Of a stretch of DNA of 64,000 bases, positions 48,761-58,669 are shown in pieces. How positions within the stretch are numbered: the stretch's first letter is position 1; every line of letters starts with the position of its first letter. Source of the stretch: Anaerovoracaceae bacterium (GTDB lineage: Bacteria; Bacillota; Clostridia; Peptostreptococcales; Anaerovoracaceae); contig CAXXQN010000010.1 in the NCBI GenBank assembly GCA_963665645.2, positions 42,683 through 106,682 on the forward strand, given 5' to 3'. A model generated the notes under the pieces. The model saw only the letters and a list, made by a program, of their open reading frames with translations, did no database searches and was not told the DNA's origin. Position numbers and translations under genes: made by a program.

Positions 48761-48808
48761 ACCAATGAGATATTTCATGAATGAAATATCTCATTGGTAT
48801 TTTATTTC
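48761..48808 (+). terminator. intrinsic terminator
   Basis: ACCAATGAGATATTTCAT-GA-ATGAAATATCTCATTGGT followed by ATTTTATTT. Confidence 0.7.
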
Positions 48809-48932
48809 CTAATTGAAATCAAGAAAAAAATAAACGACCTGATACTCAAAACGGCTATAAAGAAATTAATAGAAATCCTTGAATTGGTTACAATAATAGA
48901 TAGAACTTTATATTTAGAAAGGAGAATTTAAA

Positions 48933-49394
48933 ATGAAAAGTGCGATCGCCTTATTAACCAAAGTTGTTGCAATTTTTATTGCAGCATGGATTTCTTTCTC
49001 ACTATTAAACAACATTTTTTTAACCCTAATCTTTATGATTACCGGCTTGGTTACAGCTTTGAATTACTTGGTTGGAGACCTCTTGATACTCCCCCGATTC
49101 GGAAACATTGCCGCATCAATTACAAACGGAGTATTGGCAGCTGTTATATCCTATGCTGTGCTTATCTTCAGCAATTATACCGCGACTGCTTCTATTTGGA
49201 TTTTCGCTCTTATTGTTACGGCTTTTGAATTTTTTTACCATATGTATCTGCTCAAATCCAATATCGTTAAGAAAGATTCCGGTAGCATTTATGATGAACA
49301 AAAAATCAATTATAGCACCGAAACAGCAAAGGAAATACATCCCTACGGCGACATTTGGAAACCGAGCAATAAAAGTGATGATCATAATCAATAA
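48933..49394 (+). CDS. DUF2512/YndM-like small membrane protein
   Basis: Four predicted TM segments and the motif GDLLILPRFGN. Confidence 0.55.
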   Translation: MKSAIALLTKVVAIFIAAWISFSLLNNIFLTLIFMITGLVTALNYLVGDLLILPRFGNIAASITNGVLAAVISYAVLIFSNYTATASIWIFALIVTAFEFFYHMYLLKSNIVKKDSGSIYDEQKINYSTETAKEIHPYGDIWKPSNKSDDHNQ

Positions 49395-49451
49395 TACACT
49401 GTTTTAAAGTAAAAGCTGTATCAAAAACTTGAGTTTAAAATTACTCCCTTG

Positions 49452-49499
49452 AAAAAAGCCATTCAAGAAATTTCGCGTGGGATTTCTTGAATGGCTTTT
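49452..49499. terminator. bidirectional terminator
   Basis: A-run, AGCCATTCAAGAAAT-n10-ATTTCTTGAATGGCT, T-run. Lies between convergent genes. Confidence 0.7.
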
Positions 49500-49500
49500 A

Positions 49501-49989
49501 TTAGTCTTCCGAATCCGTATGGATCACCAAAACCGGGCACGACGCTTCAGAAATGACTCTCTGTGTAACGGAGCCAACAAAGAACCGTTTGATTTTCGAA
49601 AACCCTCGATTCCCCATTATAATCAAATCAAAGTTTTCGTCCTTTGCAGTTTCTGTAATCTTTAGATATGGTTCACCAAACAGAACCTGCATTTCTGGTT
49701 TCAGATCATCAAAATCCAATTCCTTTATCATAGAATCTAGCAGTCTCTGAGCATTCTCCCGCATCTCACCAGTCAATTCATCATCGTTCAATGTTCTTGT
49801 TTTACCTGCAATGAGAGAACCATCCACCTGCCGCCATAGTTTTTCATTCCTGCTGTGTCTTGTTATATTCTCATAATCAATCACTGTGATCATTTTCACT
49901 GTAAAGTCATATTTCTTTGCTATTTCAACGGATTTTTTTACTGCTTGATAGGATGCAAGAGAACCATCCACCGGAATCAATAATTTCAT
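49501..49989 (-). CDS. universal stress protein (UspA family)
   Basis: 162 aa. C-terminal GNRGFS...GSVTQRV ATP-binding motif. Confidence 0.8.
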   Translation of the reverse strand: MKLLIPVDGSLASYQAVKKSVEIAKKYDFTVKMITVIDYENITRHSRNEKLWRQVDGSLIAGKTRTLNDDELTGEMRENAQRLLDSMIKELDFDDLKPEMQVLFGEPYLKITETAKDENFDLIIMGNRGFSKIKRFFVGSVTQRVISEASCPVLVIHTDSED

Positions 49990-50082
49990 CTTATTTTCCT
50001 CCTATAATGACCAAAAATCATACCGATAGCTATTAATACCTTCTTTTCTTAGTTTTAACCAATTCATTAACATTCATAACAT

Positions 50083-50129
50083 AAACCGAGCAGATGACAG
50101 ATGATAATCAACTGTCTCCTGCTCGGTTT
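50083..50129 (-). terminator. long hairpin ending the acid-sugar operon
   Basis: AAACCGAGCAG..GACAG-n11-CTGTC..CTGCTCGGTTT. The U-run on the minus strand is weak. Confidence 0.5.
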
Positions 50130-50175
50130 AGTAAAGGAAAATATAGCTCTGTGACTATAATAGAGGAGTTTTCTG

Positions 50176-51069
50176 CTAACTGAGTCCTTTTTCCTGATCT
50201 GCTTTTAAAGTTTTCTTAATTGATTCGATTCCTTCCTTGGAGACATCATTGAAAGGCGACCGACAAGGTCCTACCGGATATCCCAGTAAATTTACCGCCT
50301 TTTTTACAATCGTATTGGGATTACCGTATTTAAAATTATTTCTGATGGAACGAATACTATCCTGAATCTCTCTGGCTTTAGCAATATCACCTTTCATAAA
50401 AGTCTCATAAAGCGATACCATGGTATCAGGATAAATATTGGCAATTCCCGCAATACCGCCAACGCCGCCAGCCAAAAGATTCCATAAAATTAAAGAATCG
50501 TTTCCAGACAATACGTTAAAATCTAATTCTTTCGTGAGTTCCAGATATTGCAGCATATTATCAAAGTTCCCGCTGCTATCCTTGACTCCGACAATATTGT
50601 CTATTTGAGCAAGTTCTGCAACCGTAGCAGGTGCAATATTCATCCCCGTTCTCGCCGGGATGTTATATATGATAATAGGTAAATCAACAGCAAGTGCCAC
50701 GGTTTTGTAATGTGCGTAGATTTCTTTTTGTGTTGCTGATGCAAAGTACGGACATATGATGGATAATGCATCTACACCCATTGATTTTGCCTCTAATGAA
50801 AGTGCAATCGTATCTCTTGTACTAATACAGCCTGTTCCTGCGTAAACGGGGACTCTTCCACCCACCTCATCAACAGTTGCTTCTATAATCTGCTTTTTTT
50901 CTTTTTCATCCAGGATATAAAATTCTCCATTCGTGCCCAGGCAGAAAAGGCCATGAACACCTGCATCGATTAGCCTGTTGATCTGATTGCGAAGCTCTGC
51001 AAAATGGATCGTTTCATCCTCGTTCATAGGAGTGAGTACCGGCGGAATGATTCCTCTAACCTTTAACAT
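50176..51069 (-). CDS. DapA/NAL-family class I aldolase or dehydratase
   Basis: 297 aa. GTNGEF motif. Confidence 0.8.
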   Translation of the reverse strand: MLKVRGIIPPVLTPMNEDETIHFAELRNQINRLIDAGVHGLFCLGTNGEFYILDEKEKKQIIEATVDEVGGRVPVYAGTGCISTRDTIALSLEAKSMGVDALSIICPYFASATQKEIYAHYKTVALAVDLPIIIYNIPARTGMNIAPATVAELAQIDNIVGVKDSSGNFDNMLQYLELTKELDFNVLSGNDSLILWNLLAGGVGGIAGIANIYPDTMVSLYETFMKGDIAKAREIQDSIRSIRNNFKYGNPNTIVKKAVNLLGYPVGPCRSPFNDVSKEGIESIKKTLKADQEKGLS

Positions 51070-52051
51070 GATTTCCTCCTTCTAACCATTTTTCATGGTT
51101 GTATACTTCCGGGTTAGCTACATAGGGCCACTTCTCGCCATTTAAAATACGAGAGCACCCTTCAACACACATTTTAGCCATTTTAATCACAGCTTCTCTA
51201 GTTTGCGCAGCGCTATGGGGGCTGATTATGATATTTTTAGCATCAAACAGTGGATGATCCGGTTTTGGGGGTTCTTCCTCAAAGACATCAATTCCTGCTC
51301 CTGCGATGATATCTTGATTCAATGCATCTGCCAGCTCCAACTCGTTGACAATTCCTCCTCTGGCACAATTAATCAGAATTCCGGTCCTCTTCATCATTAG
51401 AAAATGCTCTTTTCTAATCATATCCCTCGTTTTCTCAGTCAAAGGAACATGAATAGAAACAAAATCGCTATCTCTTAAAAGTTCTTCATAGGATGCGTAG
51501 TATTGACTTCCCATTTTCTCTACATCTTGCTGCGTAAGATAGGGATCATAAGCAGCCGTCTTCATTCCCATGGCTCTGCAAAGATTTGACGTTTCTATTC
51601 CGATTGCGCCAAGGCCAATAAATCCGATCTGTTTTCCAAGCAACTCAAAGGCTTTTCCCATTCCTCGTACCCGATTAAAATTTCCTTTCAGCGTTTCCGT
51701 ATGACCCTCTACAAGGTTCTTAGAAAGAGCAAACATCAATGCGATACTATGCTCTGCAACAGAACGGTTATTAGCTCCCGGCGTTATGACCACAGGAATG
51801 CCTCTAGCCGTAGCTGCCGCAACATCAACACTATCATATCCAACACCGGTTCTTCCAATCACTTTTAGTTTCTGTGAGGCTGCAATGGTTTTTTCATCAC
51901 AAGTTCCAATCCTGACAATGAATCCGTCAGCATCTTTCATCTCCCCAATATAATGATTAGGGTCTCCATCATCCGCCACATATACTGCTCCCCTATCCCA
52001 GAGGAGCTCCATACCTTCCCTGCAAAGGCTCTGTGTGACAACAAATTTCAT
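51056..52051 (-). CDS. D-isomer-specific 2-hydroxyacid dehydrogenase
   Basis: NAD-binding GLGAIG and catalytic R/E/H pattern (ARGG...E...SPHSA). Confidence 0.8.
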   Translation of the reverse strand: MKFVVTQSLCREGMELLWDRGAVYVADDGDPNHYIGEMKDADGFIVRIGTCDEKTIAASQKLKVIGRTGVGYDSVDVAAATARGIPVVITPGANNRSVAEHSIALMFALSKNLVEGHTETLKGNFNRVRGMGKAFELLGKQIGFIGLGAIGIETSNLCRAMGMKTAAYDPYLTQQDVEKMGSQYYASYEELLRDSDFVSIHVPLTEKTRDMIRKEHFLMMKRTGILINCARGGIVNELELADALNQDIIAGAGIDVFEEEPPKPDHPLFDAKNIIISPHSAAQTREAVIKMAKMCVEGCSRILNGEKWPYVANPEVYNHEKWLEGGNHVKG

Positions 52052-52068
52052 TAAAACCTCCTAAATCT

Positions 52069-53334
52069 TTATTTTTCTATCAATTGATTCGCAATCGTAA
52101 CAAAAATATCTTTCTCCCCAAAACCACCGGATTTTGAAATAACCTGTACAGATTCTCCGTTCCAGTCGAGAAGAAAAAGAACTGCACCCTGACCGATTTC
52201 ACAAACGGGTGTTAATTCCTTACAATGTTGCCGCTTCATAAAACCCATGACTGTATCCCCGCCGGTTATGACCACAGCATGGGTTTTAGCAATCTTTGCT
52301 TCCAGCAGGAGCTCCGCCATTTTTCCCAGAAGTCCAGCCACTTGAAAGCGGATATCTTCTCTGGAAAACTCCGACGGCTCCTTACGAACATCCTTCTCTT
52401 TCTTTTGATAGAAAGTGTCTACAATCAGGTGAGAATTTTCTCTGCTTGCGGCAATAATACTTTCAATTTGTGCCTTACCCTCTACCGTATCCCAATATTT
52501 TTCCTTCATCATGGCTTCTACTTCCAAAGAGATTCTGTGGAAGTCATGTTCTTCCGCATGTTGTATCTGTTTTTCCGTAATCGGGTTAAGGCTTCCACTG
52601 ATAACAAGAAGATGCTGCACTTTGGAACTCGATCGTTTTTGTTCTCCAGTTAACTCCAATAGTTTCGGCAATTGAGATGCAAACCCGGCACAACCTGCAA
52701 TCAGCCCTAACTGACTTTTATCTTTCAGTTTCCGGCCAATTTCATACATTTCCTCGTCGCTGTTCGCATCATAAACTGCAATATAATTCTCGTCCCCCAA
52801 AGAAGCCTTTTCATACTCCGCCTGATCCTGCGGCAGACTTAATACTTTAACATCGCTTTGAGAAGCGATGATCTTCTTAATATCTGCATAAGCTACGGGT
52901 TCAAAGGGATCCTTTCCAAAAACACTTTCGTTTACAGGAATTCCATCAATATAATGAATTCCTTTTCTTGTCACCCGTCCCATCTTGGGAAAGGCAGGAA
53001 TAAAAGGCAGAAACGCTTTCTGTCCGGCATCTAATAACGCAGAAAGTTCACAGCCAATGTTTCCTCTTAATGCAGAGTCTGTTTTCTTAAAAATGAAATC
53101 AATCCTTGCCTTTACCGCACTGTTGACAATGGAATACACCCTGTCGTATGCCTGCGACGGCGTCAATGGTCTGGTTTCCGCGTTAACAACCACTACCGTA
53201 TCTTCCTTGGATTCCTTCTGAAATTCTTCGTTGAAATCCATAGTGACTCTGGTTTGGATGCCCTCTTTCGCAAACTGAACGCCTGTATCTAATGATCCTG
53301 TAAAGTCATCTGCTATGATCAATAGTTTTATCAT
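52069..53334 (-). CDS. four-carbon acid-sugar kinase family protein (DUF1537)
   Basis: 421 aa. N-terminal IADDFTGS motif. Adjacent to a PdxA-family gene. Confidence 0.75.
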   Translation of the reverse strand: MIKLLIIADDFTGSLDTGVQFAKEGIQTRVTMDFNEEFQKESKEDTVVVVNAETRPLTPSQAYDRVYSIVNSAVKARIDFIFKKTDSALRGNIGCELSALLDAGQKAFLPFIPAFPKMGRVTRKGIHYIDGIPVNESVFGKDPFEPVAYADIKKIIASQSDVKVLSLPQDQAEYEKASLGDENYIAVYDANSDEEMYEIGRKLKDKSQLGLIAGCAGFASQLPKLLELTGEQKRSSSKVQHLLVISGSLNPITEKQIQHAEEHDFHRISLEVEAMMKEKYWDTVEGKAQIESIIAASRENSHLIVDTFYQKKEKDVRKEPSEFSREDIRFQVAGLLGKMAELLLEAKIAKTHAVVITGGDTVMGFMKRQHCKELTPVCEIGQGAVLFLLDWNGESVQVISKSGGFGEKDIFVTIANQLIEK

Positions 53335-53344
53335 TACATCACCA

Positions 53345-54382
53345 TTAAACGTCCAAGTTGAATTTATTTTTTGCCATGGTCAATCCAACGTTGATTGCGT
53401 CAACCATGCTGTCTGCGTTAGCACGCCCTTCTCCTGCTTTTCCAAATGCGGTTCCATGATCAACCGAGGAACGGATTACAGGCAGACCGATGGTACAGTT
53501 CACACCGCTGACGGAAGAATATTGTTTGGTCGCAGGATCCATCCGAAATCCTGCCAATTTCAACGGAATGTGCCCCTGATCATGGTACATTGCCACAACT
53601 GCATCATATTGCCCTGCCTGACACTTGACAAATACCGTGTCCGGAGGAACAGGACCTTCCACCTGAATTCCTTCCGTCTGAGCCATTTCAATCGCCGGAA
53701 TGATTTCTGTTTCCTCCTCCCAGCCGAAAAGTCCGTTTTCAGAACTATGAGGATTCAATCCTGCAACTGCGATTTTAGGATTTTTGTGTTCCATAAGACG
53801 AAGTCCCTCTTCTGCCAATCGGATAACAGAAAGAACCCGTTCTTTTTTTACTCTGTCGCAAGCCTCCCGCAAGGAGCAATGTGTGCTGACATGAATTACC
53901 TTGATCGCGTCTCCTATTAAAAGCATACCATAGTCATTTACTCCGGTATAATCTGCAAAAATCTCCGTATGTCCACTGTAATGATGTCCGGCAAGATTGA
54001 TCGCTTCCTTGTTAATCGGTCCGGTAATCACCGCATTTATTTTCTTCTCCATAGCAAGTGCTATCGCTTTTACAATATATTGAAAAGATGCCTCGCCGCA
54101 GTGCTTCTGCACCTTTTTATATTCCCAACCATCGGCCTTCAACAGTCCGAGATCAATTAAATCTACCGTTCCATATTGGCCTGTCGCCTCTGCAACATCA
54201 TCTATCACATGAAGGGAAAGTCCTGCCCTGCAAAAATCATTGGCATCCTTCATTGCATCATAATCACCGATTACAACCGGGATACACTTATCATAAATCT
54301 CTTTTTCTTTTAACGCTTTTATTGTGATCTCACTGCCAATTCCAGCAGGATCTCCCATCGTTATTCCAATTATTGGTTTCAT
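53345..54382 (-). CDS. PdxA-family (PdxA2-like) 4-phospho-acid-sugar dehydrogenase
   Basis: 345 aa. Has GHTEIFA, HVSTH and VDHGTAF motifs. Confidence 0.8.
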   Translation of the reverse strand: MKPIIGITMGDPAGIGSEITIKALKEKEIYDKCIPVVIGDYDAMKDANDFCRAGLSLHVIDDVAEATGQYGTVDLIDLGLLKADGWEYKKVQKHCGEASFQYIVKAIALAMEKKINAVITGPINKEAINLAGHHYSGHTEIFADYTGVNDYGMLLIGDAIKVIHVSTHCSLREACDRVKKERVLSVIRLAEEGLRLMEHKNPKIAVAGLNPHSSENGLFGWEEETEIIPAIEMAQTEGIQVEGPVPPDTVFVKCQAGQYDAVVAMYHDQGHIPLKLAGFRMDPATKQYSSVSGVNCTIGLPVIRSSVDHGTAFGKAGEGRANADSMVDAINVGLTMAKNKFNLDV

Positions 54383-54390
54383 TTTGCCTC

Positions 54391-55545
54391 CTATAAAATT
54401 TTCATATAAATTGACCGGATATCCTGTAGCGACACCTTCTTTCTATTGTTATCCAGTAATCTGGTAACACAGCTCGCTGCATCTACCAGAAAATCCAGAT
54501 CGCTTTCTAAAACGCCAAACGTTTTTAATGTTTCAGGAATATTTGTAAAGCGAACGATATCCGCTATTTCATCCACTACGTATCCAGCCTTTTCAGGCTG
54601 GCTGCACTCGCTCAAATCCGGACGGATGGCATCGCAAAGATCTGCCAGCCTTTCGGTGCATGCATCCATGTTATATCGCATAACGGGTGCAAAAAGAATC
54701 GCATTGGACACTCCATGCGAAATGTGAAATTTGCCTCCCAAAGGATAGGAAAGCGCATGAACTGCCGTAGTACCGCTTCCGGTAATAGCAACCCCCCCAT
54801 AAAATGCACCCAGCAACAGCTTGCTTTTTGCGTCCATATCATCCGGTGAGGCATATGCCTTTTTCAGGCTGCTGAAAATAAGCTTTGCAGAAGCCAGTGC
54901 ATAGGTATCGCTGAGCGGCGTGGCTTTCTTAGAAGTGTAACACTCCACGGCATGAGCCAGAGCATCCACACCAGAAGATGCCAGAATTGCCCCCGGCAGG
55001 CCGCGTATCATCGCCGCATCCAGAATCACATAATCTGAAATCATTTCATCATTCACAATGCCCACCTTGATTTCCTTTTCCGGCACAGTAACAATGGCAT
55101 TGCAAGTCGCCTCTGATCCAGTACCGCAAGTGGTGGGAATCATGACGGATTTCACTTGCTTCTTCCCTAATTCAGGATGTTCCAGCAAATCATTGATCGT
55201 ATACGCAGTGTCCTTTAAAATCGTACACAGTTTTGCAGTATCCATAACACTGCCTCCGCCTACCGCGATCATTAAATCTGCATCAATGCCCGTAATTTTT
55301 TTTACGATATTACCAACCTCTGAATATCCCGGTTCCGGTCTGATATCATCAATGATTTGAAAAGTAATATTTTTTTTCTGCAATTCGCTGCACAAAGACG
55401 TCAATAATCCTGCGTTACTCACGCCCTGGTCAGTAAACACGATAACGTTTTGCGCACACTCTTTTTCTATAATTTCATTTATTCTTTCAACACTTCCTTC
55501 TCCTGACAGGATGAAGGGTGGTATTTTCATTTGATCAGTTGGCAT
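54391..55545 (-). CDS. iron-containing alcohol dehydrogenase
   Basis: GGGSVMDTAK motif. The ATG at 55545 has a GAGGAGG RBS, and the upstream ATG at 55563 is also possible. Confidence 0.8.
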   Translation of the reverse strand: MPTDQMKIPPFILSGEGSVERINEIIEKECAQNVIVFTDQGVSNAGLLTSLCSELQKKNITFQIIDDIRPEPGYSEVGNIVKKITGIDADLMIAVGGGSVMDTAKLCTILKDTAYTINDLLEHPELGKKQVKSVMIPTTCGTGSEATCNAIVTVPEKEIKVGIVNDEMISDYVILDAAMIRGLPGAILASSGVDALAHAVECYTSKKATPLSDTYALASAKLIFSSLKKAYASPDDMDAKSKLLLGAFYGGVAITGSGTTAVHALSYPLGGKFHISHGVSNAILFAPVMRYNMDACTERLADLCDAIRPDLSECSQPEKAGYVVDEIADIVRFTNIPETLKTFGVLESDLDFLVDAASCVTRLLDNNRKKVSLQDIRSIYMKIL

Positions 55546-55584
55546 AGTTCCTCCTCGGGGCATCTTTTATCCCCTTTTATTTCA

Positions 55585-56757
55585 TTAGAAAAATATTTGC
55601 CGATAGGCAATCCTTCCCTTGCGCATCGTGAGCAGGGGAATAAACATCTCATTTCCGGGCTGCTCTCCTCCGTATCTGTCCTCAAATATCCTGTTGGTCT
55701 TTACTACATCCAAGATGGCAACATCTGCAGGGGTACCTTCCTTTAAGCTTCCTGCCCCCCGATTCATTATTCCCAGTGCTTTTGCCGGGTTACATGTTAC
55801 TGCATCAAAGATTTTTTCTTTCTTCATTCCGACAGCGGAAAGCACGCACATCGCATGAAGCAAAGAGAATCCCGGTCTTTTGTATTCGCTGGGTCGAACC
55901 AAATCTGAACTGATAATATCGGGATAAAATTCATCTCCCAGCGCTTTTTTAAGATTTTCAAAAGACCAATGCACTCTTCCGTTACAGCTATCCATAAGAA
56001 CCCCTTTTTCCTGTGCCTCTTTTACAAAGCCAAAAACTTTTCCATCCGAGGAAAAAATGGTCTCTCCTTTTGTTTGAAAAACATGGGCAAGCACATCACC
56101 CGGTCTAAGAAGAGTCAGTATATCCGTCAATTTCACATTTTTAGGCAAATCATCATAATGCACAATTACAGGGCAATGATATCCCAATCTGCCAATTTGA
56201 TCCGCCATCTCCAATGCTCCTACCAGAGGAGAAATCCCATGTCCCCCCAAAGTTGCTTTACACATCCTGACTTTGAGCCCTCTCAAGATATCAGGATACA
56301 GTCGAAAGAGGTCTATGATGAGATCCTCCCGAAAATCGGCGGGATCATGATCTTCTTCATGAAGGCATAAGCTTTTATTTCCAAAAGTTGAGACATTCAA
56401 ATATGCCAATACATTTGCTTCATACCGGACAATATTTGCCTGCCGGAAAAGCTCAAATCCTGATGCACCGGTTGTCCCGCCATCCACTGCGGTAGTAACA
56501 CAGCCAGGGATGCAAGTGGTGTCTGCATTGGCGCCTATAATAGAACCTTGGTAATACAGATGCGCATGCTCATCGATCAATCCCGGAAGAACATACTTGC
56601 CTTTCGCATCAATGATATCCTCTGGGTTTGTCTCAGGAATACCTGAGGTATTGGGAAACTGGATAAGGCCGTTTTTTACAGCAAGCTCCTTTCCCTCTGT
56701 TTTCCCAGTCAATGGGTCATAAACATTACCATTTATAATTAAAGAATCATATTGCAT
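55585..56757 (-). CDS. amidohydrolase-superfamily metallohydrolase (dihydroorotase-like)
   Basis: 390 aa. HxH motif IDEHAHL. Confidence 0.7.
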   Translation of the reverse strand: MQYDSLIINGNVYDPLTGKTEGKELAVKNGLIQFPNTSGIPETNPEDIIDAKGKYVLPGLIDEHAHLYYQGSIIGANADTTCIPGCVTTAVDGGTTGASGFELFRQANIVRYEANVLAYLNVSTFGNKSLCLHEEDHDPADFREDLIIDLFRLYPDILRGLKVRMCKATLGGHGISPLVGALEMADQIGRLGYHCPVIVHYDDLPKNVKLTDILTLLRPGDVLAHVFQTKGETIFSSDGKVFGFVKEAQEKGVLMDSCNGRVHWSFENLKKALGDEFYPDIISSDLVRPSEYKRPGFSLLHAMCVLSAVGMKKEKIFDAVTCNPAKALGIMNRGAGSLKEGTPADVAILDVVKTNRIFEDRYGGEQPGNEMFIPLLTMRKGRIAYRQIFF

Positions 56758-56772
56758 TGCATTACACTCCTT

Positions 56773-58053
56773 CTATTTCATAAGGGAAGGCAGCCACAGG
56801 ACAAAACCCGGAACAAAAGAAATCAGAAAAACAGTCGCAAACAGAATAATGACAAACGGCATTACGCTCTTGCTCAACGCTACGATTCCCTGTTTTGTAA
56901 CGGATGTAGCCGCAAAGAGACAATTTCCGAATGGCGGTGTTGCCTGCCCTACTGCAAGATTAAATACAACGATACAGCCCAAATGCACTGGATCGATTCC
57001 ATATTGGACCGCTAAGGGATATAAGAGCGGTGCCACAATAAGAATGATGGGACCCGAATCCATAAACATTCCCAGTGTAATCAACAGAAGATTGATAAAG
57101 ATCAGGAAGGTGATCTTGTTTGTAATAAAAGATGCTACCGCTTCCGTAAACATGGTAGGAATGTTGTTCACAGCCAAAACATAGCCGAATACCGTAGCTC
57201 CCATAATAAGCAGCAAAATTTTAGCGGTTCCTTTTACGCTGTCCAGCACAATTTCAAAAAAGCGCCGAATGGTCAATTCTTTATAAACGAAGCTTGAAAC
57301 AATGAGGCCATAAACAACTGCCACTGCTGCAGATTCTGTAGGAGTAAAGACTCCGGTGTAAATTCCGCCTAAAATGATAATCGGCATCAGAATTGCTGCG
57401 AAGGCCTCTTTCGTAGCCGTAATCAAATTGCTTAAAGAAAAAGAGTTTGTACGTTCATAATTATTTTTACGCGCAACTGCATACGCATAAACGCACATGA
57501 AAATACCAGCAAGAGCACCCGGAACGATGCCCGAAATGAGAAGTTTTGCTACTGAGGTATTGGTTACGGTTCCATAGAGGACAAAAACAATACTGGGCGG
57601 AATTACAATACCCAGTGTGCCCCCGACTACAGGCAGTGCCGCAGAATAACCCTTCGGATATTTCTCTTTTACAAGCTCCGGATAAAGCATCGCACCGATA
57701 GCCGCTGTGGTAGCAATTGAAGAGCCCGAAAGCGCCGCGAAAAACATACAGGTTACCAATACAACAATGGAAAGTCCTCCACGGATATGTCCTACCAATG
57801 CCTTTGCAAAAGCAATCAGTCTTGTAGAAATACCTCCATGCTGCATAATAGCCCCCGCAAGCATAAAGAAAAATATTGCAAGCAATGTATACCGTTCTCC
57901 TCCGGAATACATCTTCTGCACAATCTGCATAAGAGGCAATCCATCAATAAATACCAGAGAACTAATGCAGGAAAGAGCAAGGGACCAGGCAATGGGCACT
58001 CCTAACAGCAATGTGGCGAAAAATACCACCATCAAAACGACAACCGGATCCAT
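56773..58053 (-). CDS. TRAP transporter large permease (DctM family)
   Basis: 426 aa polytopic membrane protein. Confidence 0.85.
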   Translation of the reverse strand: MDPVVVLMVVFFATLLLGVPIAWSLALSCISSLVFIDGLPLMQIVQKMYSGGERYTLLAIFFFMLAGAIMQHGGISTRLIAFAKALVGHIRGGLSIVVLVTCMFFAALSGSSIATTAAIGAMLYPELVKEKYPKGYSAALPVVGGTLGIVIPPSIVFVLYGTVTNTSVAKLLISGIVPGALAGIFMCVYAYAVARKNNYERTNSFSLSNLITATKEAFAAILMPIIILGGIYTGVFTPTESAAVAVVYGLIVSSFVYKELTIRRFFEIVLDSVKGTAKILLLIMGATVFGYVLAVNNIPTMFTEAVASFITNKITFLIFINLLLITLGMFMDSGPIILIVAPLLYPLAVQYGIDPVHLGCIVVFNLAVGQATPPFGNCLFAATSVTKQGIVALSKSVMPFVIILFATVFLISFVPGFVLWLPSLMK

Positions 58054-58598
58054 TATGCCCCCACCTCCTTATTTTCAAATTTATTTTCTTTTATTGCATA
58101 AATTCTCTTGATCATATACAGCAACTTTTCTGCCGTCATTAAGAGAAATCCAACCGCCATCATCCCATACAGATGATAGTAATATAAAGGTAAAACAGAC
58201 AGTTTCTCAGGAAAATTGGCAGCTTGTCCGGTCAGCATTATGGAACCGGTCAGCAAAAGACCCAAAGTAATAACGGAAAAAACATCGCCGATCAAGTTAA
58301 AGCATTGCTGCTTCCTTATTCCTTTAAAACGAATCACGTCAATTTTGATTTCATCATCGCTTTTCATCGCAAGATTTCCTCCAATCAGAACCATCATCAT
58401 GAACAAGGCAACGCTCATCTGCTCCGACCAGGAAAGGCTGACATGAAAAACATATCTTGTCAAAACTTGCAGAAAATTCACCGATACCATCAGCAGAACT
58501 GAAATCGTTAAAATAATCTTTTGCGCAAGAAAAATCACTTTGTCTGCGACATTGAAATGTTTCAGTAAAATATTCACTGTATCGTCCTTTCGTTTCAA
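58053..58598 (-). CDS. TRAP transporter small permease (DctQ family)
   Basis: 181 aa with four TM segments. Its stop overlaps the DctM start. Confidence 0.75.
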   Translation of the reverse strand: MKRKDDTVNILLKHFNVADKVIFLAQKIILTISVLLMVSVNFLQVLTRYVFHVSLSWSEQMSVALFMMMVLIGGNLAMKSDDEIKIDVIRFKGIRKQQCFNLIGDVFSVITLGLLLTGSIMLTGQAANFPEKLSVLPLYYYHLYGMMAVGFLLMTAEKLLYMIKRIYAIKENKFENKEVGA

Positions 58599-58669
58599 TC
58601 AATCATCTGAAGAAAATATGATGCGTAATTTCTTATGCCAACGGCCACGAGATTACGCATCAATACCTT